NCBI RefSeq assembly: GCF_001465295.1
Contig: NZ_CP011035.1
Location: forward strand, 360,001 to 392,000
Origin: Pseudoalteromonas translucida KMM 520
GTDB lineage: Bacteria > Pseudomonadota > Gammaproteobacteria > Enterobacterales > Alteromonadaceae
Direction of reading: 5' to 3'
Length of the DNA: 32,000 bases
The position numbers and the translations under genes are program-made. The notes below the pieces were generated by a model that was not told where the DNA came from, ran no database searches, and saw nothing but the letters and a program-made list of their open reading frames with translations. Positions 1-7,422 of this stretch are shown here, one piece after another (the stretch's first letter is position 1; every line of letters starts with the position of its first letter).

Positions 1-398
1 CCATTATTGCCCGCTTGGCGACGTGTACCATCTTGAAAAAGCTCACCTAATTGGCCCCTAATTGTTGGTAAACTTGGCGCGCCAAAACCACTGGCTGAAT
101 AGGTATTGGGGCTTACGGCAAGCACATCTTGTAACGTGGTAATGTTAAGCTGCTCTATTAACTCGCTCGAAATAGGCGTTACCGAACGTGCTATGTCTTT
201 TAGTGCTAAGTTGTCGCCAAATGGGCCATCTATACTGGCATCTTTAACTGAAAGGCCTTGAGATTTAATAACTTGGCCAGCTACTTCAATGTGCTCTATG
301 GTGTTATTGGTTGTTACTGTTGAGCTTTGGGCAGCTTGCGCCAGCAGTGGGGTATTTAATACGCTTGCTAACGATAGGGCTAAGTATTGGTATTTCAA
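1..398 (-). CDS. TonB-dependent receptor, N-terminal part (C-terminus runs off the left edge of the window)
   Basis: Not in the supplied ORF track because it is edge-truncated. My own minus-strand translation from TTG at 398 gives LKYQYLALSLASVLNTPLLAQAAQSSTVTTNNTIEHIEVAGQVIKSQGLSVKDASIDGPFGDNLALKDIARSVTPISSELIEQLNITTLQDVLAVSPNTYSASGFGAPSLPTIRGQLGELFQDGTRRQAGNN. This shows a signal peptide, a TonB-box-like IEHIEVAG, then a plug-domain pattern (IRG....DG.RR). A purine-rich AGAGAAAG lies just upstream. The exact start codon is uncertain. Confidence 0.7.
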   Translation of the reverse strand, partial: MKYQYLALSLASVLNTPLLAQAAQSSTVTTNNTIEHIEVAGQVIKSQGLSVKDASIDGPFGDNLALKDIARSVTPISSELIEQLNITTLQDVLAVSPNTYSASGFGAPSLPTIRGQLGELFQDGTRRQAGNN

Positions 399-726
399 GG
401 GCTTTCTCTTTCTTGTTAATAGTTGATGATGATAAAGACCGAAAGGTGTAAAAATAACTTTCAGTAAAGTTTCGATTCTTTTTATTTTTTAGGACATAAC
501 AAAACAGCGCGTTTAAAGCGTGCTAATAAAATATTGCCGTTTTCATTTGTAAATAAAATAGCAATAGGGTGGCGATATTACACAGATTATAAATAATTGC
601 TTTTAAACATGTTTTTAAATTGTAGTCTACTTGCTAGCAGTTAACCTATTATATTTATTAGCTTTTTGTACGGCGTTTAAATACTTAAAATAAGCCGCGC
701 TTTAACTGTTAATAAGCTAGGTAGGT

Positions 727-757
727 AAGGATAATTAAAAATAATTATCCTTTTTTG
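727..757 (+). terminator. Orphan intrinsic-terminator-like hairpin about 70 nt upstream of the 828 CDS
   Basis: AAGGATAATT (727-736) pairs perfectly with AATTATCCTT (743-752) across a 6-nt loop, followed by TTTTG. No plus-strand CDS lies upstream of it; the neighbouring receptor gene diverges on the minus strand. Confidence 0.5.
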
Positions 758-827
758 AAATAAAAACCAATTTATACGGTCTTGCTAATTTAATAGTTTA
801 TTAATATTTTTTATTAAAGGAAGTTTT

Positions 828-1241
828 ATGACAAACCCAATCAGTGCCGATCTACAAAACCGTGTGCGGTGGTCTTTACTCTCTCTACGTGTGGGTGTTT
901 TTATTGTAATGATAATGTGGACGCTGGATAAATTTGTGAACCCGGCACATAGCGCCGGTATTTTTGAAAAGTTTTATGGCATTAGTGGGTCAACGGATAT
1001 AGTGGCGTATGTGTTAGGTGCGCTGCAGTTAGTTTTAGTATTAGCATTTTTGGCGGGTATTAAAAAGCGACTTACTTACGGAATCATTTTTGTAATGCAT
1101 GGCTTGTCTACACTTTCATCGTACAACCAGTACATAGATGGCTTTAACAACTTATTATTCTTTACTGCATGGCCAATGTGGGCAGCGTGTTTTGCGTTGT
1201 ATTTACTGCGCGACCAAGACGTAAAATTTACTATAAAATAA
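828..1241 (+). CDS. Small integral membrane protein (about 4 hydrophobic helices; DoxX-like is only a guess)
   Basis: 137-aa ORF with AAAGGAAG RBS-like purines about 6 nt before the ATG. Four long hydrophobic segments are present (LLSLRVGVFIVMIMW, IVAYVLGALQLVLVLAFLAGI, YGIIFVMHGLSTL, LLFFTAWPMWAACFALYLL). The overlapping antisense ORF 1076..1306 is rejected. Confidence 0.6.
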   Translation: MTNPISADLQNRVRWSLLSLRVGVFIVMIMWTLDKFVNPAHSAGIFEKFYGISGSTDIVAYVLGALQLVLVLAFLAGIKKRLTYGIIFVMHGLSTLSSYNQYIDGFNNLLFFTAWPMWAACFALYLLRDQDVKFTIK

Positions 1242-1254
1242 TAAATTAAAAAAT

Positions 1255-1280
1255 GGTTATAAGCCGCTTGGCTTATAACC
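1255..1280 (-). terminator. Hairpin between convergent genes; terminator for the hemerythrin gene, possibly bidirectional
   Basis: GGTTATAAGCC (1255-1265) and GGCTTATAACC (1270-1280) form an 11-bp perfect stem with loop GCTT. On the minus strand the stem is followed by ATTTTTTAATTT. Confidence 0.6.
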
Positions 1281-1339
1281 AAATAGTACACAAGGGAGTG
1301 TATCAAAGTTATAGCGTATAAAGTGGTTACTGCATATAG

Positions 1340-1765
1340 CTAGTGCATTGCATCGTTGTAGTGCTCAGCCAAGCTTTCTTTTTGCCCTTCGGTTAGCGCT
1401 TTGCCCGCTAATTGAAATACTTCGTGCTCTTCTTCATCTAAGTGATGATGCACTAAATGATGGAGTTTTTTAGCCGCAACCAACCACGCTGGTGAACTCC
1501 TATCGGTTTCTTCAAGTTGTTCAATTAATTCATCAATATCATGATGTTCTGCCACACTATGGCGGGCTTTTTCGTGGGTTAGGTCTTCAAACATCAGTGG
1601 ATTATAGAAATATCGCTCTTCAAATTTTGCGTGTTGTTTTAGCTGTGTTTTTAGTTCAAGCATTAATTTTTGACGCTCATCTGTATCACCATGAGTTTGA
1701 ATAAGCGCATCTACTAATTTACGTTGTATGTCATGATCGGCGCGTAGTGCTTCAAAAATATTCAT
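1340..1765 (-). CDS. Hemerythrin-like (HHE cation-binding) domain protein
   Basis: His/Glu-rich helical protein with hemerythrin-type motifs: ADHDIQRKL, H..FEERYFY, SVAEHHDIDELIEQLE, HHLVHHHLDEEEHEVF. I prefer the internal ATG at 1765 (MNIFEALRADH), which has AGGAAA 5 nt upstream, over the track start at 1786. Confidence 0.8.
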   Translation of the reverse strand: MNIFEALRADHDIQRKLVDALIQTHGDTDERQKLMLELKTQLKQHAKFEERYFYNPLMFEDLTHEKARHSVAEHHDIDELIEQLEETDRSSPAWLVAAKKLHHLVHHHLDEEEHEVFQLAGKALTEGQKESLAEHYNDAMH

Positions 1766-1907
1766 TTTATTTCCTACTTTACTCATTGTTTAAATAATAT
1801 GAAGCAAATATAAGGCCATTTTTAATACACTGTAATACAAGGGGTTTTGTTTTTATTACAAAGAGATTATTTGAGAGGTGTGTAAAAATTACTATGAACT
1901 GTATAAA

Positions 1908-1946
1908 GATAACAACAAAAAGGGCTAATATTGCTACTAGCCCTTT
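1908..1946 (-). terminator. Intrinsic terminator downstream of the S9 peptidase gene
   Basis: AAAGGGCTA (1919-1927) and TAGCCCTTT (1938-1946) form a 9-bp stem with a 10-nt loop. On the minus strand it is followed by TTTGTTGTTAT. Confidence 0.6.
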
Positions 1947-1985
1947 AGTAAAATAACTTACTTATTCATAACCGTATTTAGCTAG

Positions 1986-4034
1986 CTATTTATTTGCGTC
2001 TTTTATTGCTTTAAGTTTAGCTGCGTGGTCAATTTCAAACGCGGGCATGTCTTTATTACCATCGATCAGGTAGTTATCCATCCAACGCATTAAACGTAAG
2101 CTGTAGTCGTACTGGGCTGCTACTTTACGGTTACCGTGGCCCTCGCCAGGGTAGTAAACTAAACGCACGTCTTTACCTTGCACTTTCATGTAGCGGTATA
2201 GCTCCATTGATTGCGCTGGATGTACACGAGGATCGTCTTTACCGTGCATAATTAATAACGGTGTTTTAGATTGCCCAGCCCAATAAATAGGGCTGCGCTC
2301 TAAGTACCATTGCCATTTATCCCAAGGGTATGAACGAGCATGTACTAGGTTCATTTCGTTAGATATATCGGTAGTGCCAAACTTAGATAATTGATTAGAT
2401 ACGCCGACAAACATTACGCTGGCAGCAAAGTGCTCAGTTAATTTTGTTGCGCCCCACGCAGAAGCATAACCGCCGTATGAGCCACCAGTAATACCAACAC
2501 GTTTAGTGTCTACTAAACCTATATCAACAAGGTGATTTTTAAAATCAACTAAGTCATCAAACTCTTTGCCTGCGTAATCATTTTGGCCAAGTTTAGAGTA
2601 ATCAACCCCTTTACCCGTTGAGCCACGATAATTTGGATAAAATACAGCGTAACCACGAGCCGCCCCCATTTGACCAGGGCGTGAGTAGTTAGTTAACCAA
2701 CCGTCTTTGTCATGGCTTTCAGGGCCGCCATGTACCGACATGATTAATGGGTAACGTGTCCCTTTTTTATAATCAAGCGGATATACAAGTACACCATCAA
2801 TTTCTACGCCGTCACGGGCTTTTAAATTAATTGTTTGTTGCTTGGCAAAGCGCTTGTCGTTTAGCCAAGTGTTTGAATCGGTTAAACGCTCTGCTTTTTT
2901 ACTACGAACAATAAACACTTCGTTAGGGTGCTTTGCGGTATTGGCGCGCAGCGCTAAAGTTTTATCTGAAGCAGAAATACTTAGGCTTGAGGCAATAAAT
3001 TGACCTTCTTTAACTATTTTTTTATATTTATTGCTGCCGGTTTTAATGCTGCCGACAAAGCTTTGGGTGCCTACATTGGCAATAAAGTTTAAGGTATTGC
3101 GTTTATTTTGCCATTCAATATCGGCTACGTGGCCGCTAAAGTTGGGTAACCACTCATCTACTTTACCGCTTTTTGTATCGGCTAAAAATAAGCGACCAGT
3201 AGCAGGATCGTGTTTATCTTGTGCGCCTAAAATTGCGATATAACGACCATCATGAGAAAGCTCTGCTGTACCAAGTTTACCCTCTGTGGCAAACGACATA
3301 GTGACTTGATTACTTGCTATATCAAACATATGCCATTGTGATCTTGTGTACTTATCATCAATTAACGCAGTAGGCTGAGTTTTAACCAGTAGCTTTTTGC
3401 CATCAGCAGCCCAATTAACATCACTAACATAGTTAGCTACATTGAGCGCGGTAGGTGAAAGTGGCTTATTGGTTTGTTTTAAATCAGCAATAAACAGCTG
3501 TTTGTTTTTTAAACCCTGCTCGTATACCTCTGCCATAAAGCCTAATTTTTTAAGCTCTTTATCAGATTTATCAGCTGCTGGCATTGCTAAAATAGCGAGG
3601 TGTTTATTATCTGGGCTTAGTGCGTAGCTTGAAATTGAGGTATCTTTTAACGACAGTACTTTATGTGCTTGACCGCCATCAACCGGAATTTGATAAAGCG
3701 CGGTAAATTTGTCGTCTTTTAATTTTGCTAAAAAGTAGATGGTTTTACTGTTGTTAGACCATTGAATGCTGCTAATACTAACCGACCCAGTAATAAAAGG
3801 GCGCTCTACACCTTTGTCGTTAACCACATATAATTCGCGGTAGTTAGTGCCATTTTCATCAACATACAGCTCACGCGGCACCGAGCGAGTAAAAGCGACG
3901 TTGTCGCCATCTGGACTAATACTGGTTTGAATAACTGATTGAATTTTTGGGATATCTTCAACCGTTAATGCTGTTGCAGCACTTACCAATGAGCTAGATA
4001 ATCCCATTGCAAGCGCTAAGCTAAGTTTTAACAT
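1986..4034 (-). CDS. S9 family (prolyl oligopeptidase / acylaminoacyl-peptidase-like) serine peptidase, secreted
   Basis: Nucleophile elbow GGSYGGY. C-terminal alpha/beta-hydrolase signature: LLIMHGKDDPRV (Asp) and YPGEGHG (His). The N-terminal region is long and beta-propeller-like. Start moved to the ATG at 4034 (MLKLSLALAMGLSSSLVSAATA signal peptide), which has AAGGAAAG just upstream. Confidence 0.9.
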   Translation of the reverse strand: MLKLSLALAMGLSSSLVSAATALTVEDIPKIQSVIQTSISPDGDNVAFTRSVPRELYVDENGTNYRELYVVNDKGVERPFITGSVSISSIQWSNNSKTIYFLAKLKDDKFTALYQIPVDGGQAHKVLSLKDTSISSYALSPDNKHLAILAMPAADKSDKELKKLGFMAEVYEQGLKNKQLFIADLKQTNKPLSPTALNVANYVSDVNWAADGKKLLVKTQPTALIDDKYTRSQWHMFDIASNQVTMSFATEGKLGTAELSHDGRYIAILGAQDKHDPATGRLFLADTKSGKVDEWLPNFSGHVADIEWQNKRNTLNFIANVGTQSFVGSIKTGSNKYKKIVKEGQFIASSLSISASDKTLALRANTAKHPNEVFIVRSKKAERLTDSNTWLNDKRFAKQQTINLKARDGVEIDGVLVYPLDYKKGTRYPLIMSVHGGPESHDKDGWLTNYSRPGQMGAARGYAVFYPNYRGSTGKGVDYSKLGQNDYAGKEFDDLVDFKNHLVDIGLVDTKRVGITGGSYGGYASAWGATKLTEHFAASVMFVGVSNQLSKFGTTDISNEMNLVHARSYPWDKWQWYLERSPIYWAGQSKTPLLIMHGKDDPRVHPAQSMELYRYMKVQGKDVRLVYYPGEGHGNRKVAAQYDYSLRLMRWMDNYLIDGNKDMPAFEIDHAAKLKAIKDANK

Positions 4035-4154
4035 TAAACTTTCCTTTATATACACGTTAACTTGGCAGTATAACAAGGCAGATGTAATAGGCTAAAAAAT
4101 GCGATTAACACACTGTTTATAAAGGTTAATGGGTAAAGCGATAATAAAAGTAAC

Positions 4155-4185
4155 TACGCCAACTTTTATTACACGTGTTGGCGTA
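4155..4185 (-). terminator. Hairpin downstream of the ThrE-family gene
   Basis: TACGCCAAC (4155-4163) and GTTGGCGTA (4177-4185) form a 9-bp stem with a 13-nt loop. Flanks are T-rich on both strands. Confidence 0.55.
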
Positions 4186-4218
4186 TATTTTAATCAATGG
4201 ATAGGTGATAAAAGCGCG

Positions 4219-5445
4219 TTACAAACTCTTTTTAGGCGGTAGTGCTACGTTGGCAAAAATTAACCCAGCTACCAGCGACATAAATATTAAAAACGTTTGC
4301 TGGCCTATATGTTCTGCATAAACAAAGTCTTGGCCTTCAATAAGCGAGTTTAAGCCAATATAGGTTTTGCTACCTGGCACTAATACAATTAAGCCTTGCA
4401 TAGCAACAATTGAAGCAGGGGCGTTGGCCACGCGATTAAATAAGTTACTAAATATACCTACAGCTAATGCGCCAACAAAGGTTCCTAAGGTGTAATCGAG
4501 ATACATAGCTGAGCCAATACTGGTGCCATAAGCAATAAAACCAGATGCAATAGACCACACGGCATGTTTAAGCTTGGTTCTAAATATGACTATTAGGCTG
4601 CTACACAGCAAAAATATAGCCAGCCAAGGCGTCCACGCTGGTAGTGGCGCAGGCTGCACAAAGTCGGCTTGTCCAAATAATGCAAAACCAATACCTATGC
4701 CAATAAAACCACCAAAGTAGAGTTTAAACAGCAACATGAATGAGTCCATCACCCGTGCTGTACCCGACACTAAGTGCCTTGCTGCAAGTTCAGCTAATCC
4801 TAGCGCTAATGCCAAACCCGGAATAAATACAATGATGGACGACAGTACCACTAAACGTATATTGATCTCTGGGGCAAAATAAACGCTAATAGCACAAGCA
4901 ACGATTGACGATACAATTGCGACCAAAGGCTCAAGCATGTGGGCGACACGTTTTGAGCGCCCCGACCAAAGTACAAATAAGTATACAATAGATGAGAGCA
5001 ACGCAGACCAAGCTACATCAAACCAACTGGTGCCCATTAGCATAGCAAACGCACCACCAGATGTGGCAAACGCAATGCCCGTAGTGAGTTTATTGTAAGA
5101 GTTTGGAGCAACAAAAATAATGTCTAACTGTTCATCTACTTCGTGCAAGGTTAACTTGCCATCAAGCATTTGATTAACTAAGTCGTCGGTGTCGGCAAGT
5201 GAGCCTAGGTCATGATCGCCAGGGTCTACCCGTGCAACATGGGTATACTCGTCTTCGTGGCCGTCGGTCCAAATAACAAAAGTAACAGAAGTAGGCGACA
5301 TAACAAACGACGATTTAAGGTCTAAGTAGGTCGCAACTTCCATTAAATGCGCTTCTAAGCGGTATGCGGGCGTACCATATTTGTGCAGCATTTTACCTAA
5401 TTTAACGATAAATTTGCGTTTTTCTGTAAAGGTTGCGTTTTTCAA
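4219..5445 (-). CDS. Threonine/serine exporter (ThrE) family membrane protein, fused YjjP-like and YjjB-like halves
   Basis: The N-terminal soluble part (GKMLHKYGTPAYRLEAHLMEVATYL) is typical of the ThrE/DUF1212 family. It is followed by about 10 hydrophobic helices. The start is TTG at 5445. An internal ATG 18 codons downstream is possible, but it would cut into the conserved N-terminal segment. Confidence 0.8.
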   Translation of the reverse strand: MKNATFTEKRKFIVKLGKMLHKYGTPAYRLEAHLMEVATYLDLKSSFVMSPTSVTFVIWTDGHEDEYTHVARVDPGDHDLGSLADTDDLVNQMLDGKLTLHEVDEQLDIIFVAPNSYNKLTTGIAFATSGGAFAMLMGTSWFDVAWSALLSSIVYLFVLWSGRSKRVAHMLEPLVAIVSSIVACAISVYFAPEINIRLVVLSSIIVFIPGLALALGLAELAARHLVSGTARVMDSFMLLFKLYFGGFIGIGIGFALFGQADFVQPAPLPAWTPWLAIFLLCSSLIVIFRTKLKHAVWSIASGFIAYGTSIGSAMYLDYTLGTFVGALAVGIFSNLFNRVANAPASIVAMQGLIVLVPGSKTYIGLNSLIEGQDFVYAEHIGQQTFLIFMSLVAGLIFANVALPPKKSL

Positions 5446-5494
5446 ATGCTTTTAAGCCAACGGTTAAATAACTAAGCTAAAAATATAGACAAAA

Positions 5495-5760
5495 AATACT
5501 AATCTGCCATAAAAAGTGCTAATTCAGAGTTCATCCAGTGGCTTTTGATTCAAGTGGGCAACATGTAGGAAGGGTGGTTCCCTTTCAAAAGTTGCCAACG
5601 AAGAAGAAATGTCACTGGTGAGCTCCCTTGGGCGAGTTTTAAATGAGCTTATACTGCGTTCCTCGAACTCAAAATAGAACCACTATTTTATCATTCAAGC
5701 GCCTTGGCTAAGCTCATTTTAATTCTCGCTGAATTGTACCGTTTAAGGTAGATTGGTATT
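5495..5760. repeat. MITE-like or structured-RNA element bounded by 19-bp imperfect inverted repeats
   Basis: AATACTAATCTGCCATAAA (5495-5513) matches the reverse complement of TTTAAGGTAGATTGGTATT (5742-5760) at 16/19. Nested internal pairings: AATTCAG 5521-5527 with CTGAATT 5729-5735; CCAGTG 5535-5540 with CACTGG 5613-5618; GGCAAC 5557-5562 with GTTGCC 5591-5596; AAGGG 5570-5574 with CCCTT 5580-5584; AAATGAGCTTA 5641-5651 with TAAGCTCATTT 5709-5719. No ORF. A-runs flank both ends. Confidence 0.4.
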
Positions 5761-5823
5761 AAAAATTTGCCCACGTTTAATGGGCGCGATTTTAAACACT
5801 AATTGGTGTGTGTCTAGTCATTT

Positions 5824-7053
5824 TTAATCTAATTTTTTATTTTTTTCAGCTATCCATTGCGACATGTATTGTGTGCTGCGCATTGTATGATGTTTGAGCA
5901 TTTGGCCTGTGAAGTTTTTTTCGCGATGGGCGTTTAAATCGCTACTTATTGAATCGACTTTTTGAATTAGTGCAGCGCTTAATTGGGCTTTGTCATACAG
6001 TGTATTAAGTAGTGTATTGCCATCTTGTTGTGCTTGTTCAAATTCACTTTGATTGTTGTACATTTCAACGGCTGCACTTGCAAAATCATCGGCGGTGTTT
6101 GCTATTTTACCAGGCCAAGATAACTCATTATGCATGCCTTCACTGCCAATATTAGTGGTAACACTTGGGGTTTGCATTATCATTGCCTCTAGCAATTTGC
6201 CCTTTATACCTGCGCCAAAACGCAGTGGTGCTAAACATACTCGTGCGCTTTGCATTACCTCAAACGCATTATCGGCCCAGCCTTTAATTAAAAACCCCGT
6301 TTTAGGGTTGTTAAGTGCAGTTGCTTTTGGCGGCGGGTACGATCCATATATATGCAGCTCAGCTTTAGGCAGTTGCTTGCGAATAAGTGGCCAAATTTGT
6401 TGTAAATAAAGCACAGCATCCCAGTTTGGCGCGTGCCTAAAGTTACCTATGGTCATAAAGTGTTGGCGCTGCTCAAAGGTTTTAGTGCTGGTGGGCAATG
6501 TGTTTAAATCGACCATAAAAGGTAAATGGTGTAATAAGCTAGGCTCTATTTTAAATACATCATTAAGTAAACTCATTTCATAGCTAGAAATAATAAGGCT
6601 TAAATCGCAACGTAAGATGGCTGCAATTTCGCGTTTTGCTATGTCTGAATGCAAGTCGTTAGTGGTAAATTCTCGCTCGCCTTTGTGGGCTTCGTGGCGC
6701 GCATTACGCAAACATTGTAGATCTTCGGTATCTAAAATTTTCAGCGCATTCGGGCAATGCTTATCAACGCGCCAACCAAACTGCTCTTCCATCATAAAAC
6801 GATCAAACATAACAATATCGGGAGCATATGCTTTAACGTAATCGTCAAAACTTTCGCAGTTAAGCGCAATGCTCTGGCTACTAATACCAAAGTCGTCAAG
6901 GTTGACCATGTGCTCGGTGCGCAGTGCGGGCGTTGCAAACTCTACTTGCCAGTGTTGGGCTCTAAAGGCATTTAATAACGACATCATGTGCGTGCCTGCA
7001 GCAGATGAGTTGGGCTCTGGCCATACGTAGCCAATTACCAGCACTTTTTTCAT
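5824..7053 (-). CDS. Glycosyltransferase (GT-B fold, GT4-like)
   Basis: N-terminus MKKVLVIGYVWPEPNSSAAGTHM is typical of the GT-B Rossmann start. The C-terminal half carries the donor-binding style motif (LAPLRFGAGIKGKLLEAMIMQTPSVTTNIGSEGM). Three overlapping plus-strand ORFs are rejected as antisense shadows. Confidence 0.8.
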   Translation of the reverse strand: MKKVLVIGYVWPEPNSSAAGTHMMSLLNAFRAQHWQVEFATPALRTEHMVNLDDFGISSQSIALNCESFDDYVKAYAPDIVMFDRFMMEEQFGWRVDKHCPNALKILDTEDLQCLRNARHEAHKGEREFTTNDLHSDIAKREIAAILRCDLSLIISSYEMSLLNDVFKIEPSLLHHLPFMVDLNTLPTSTKTFEQRQHFMTIGNFRHAPNWDAVLYLQQIWPLIRKQLPKAELHIYGSYPPPKATALNNPKTGFLIKGWADNAFEVMQSARVCLAPLRFGAGIKGKLLEAMIMQTPSVTTNIGSEGMHNELSWPGKIANTADDFASAAVEMYNNQSEFEQAQQDGNTLLNTLYDKAQLSAALIQKVDSISSDLNAHREKNFTGQMLKHHTMRSTQYMSQWIAEKNKKLD

Positions 7054-7422
7054 TGGCTAGGATCTCTTATTAGTAAGTTTAAATTTACCCATGTAAAAAC
7101 AGGTAAGATTATTTTTTGTGATGATTATTACAATAATAACGATAGCAGTTTAGTAAATTTTAGCGCACTAGTTCTACACAATTTCAATGCTTATAAAGTC
7201 ATTTGTTATTAATGGGTAATATTAAAAATATGACAGTATTGACTTTGTTATTCATTAGCGCTTTTTAGGTGCACAGCACTTTATAAAAAGCGCTGTAGTG
7301 TAGCTTAAGTTAGGGTGGCGATAAATCATTTACGCTATTTTGTATAACCTTAATGCTTTATGAATGGTGTAAAACATGTTTAGATAGCTTTATTAAACTA
7401 AATAATTACTAAAGGACAAAAC

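Noticed and set aside
425-443. Possible Fur box (GATGATGATAAAGACCGAA) upstream of the edge-truncated TonB-dependent receptor.
   Set aside because: Only about 11/19 match to the consensus, all in the left half. This is not distinguishable from AT-rich background.
564-7323. Identical 13-mer TAGGGTGGCGATA at 564-576 and 7311-7323, both in upstream regions.
   Set aside because: In a 32-kb window, several exact 13-mer coincidences are expected by chance (about N^2/2 x 4^-13, which is a few). There is no extended similarity around them.
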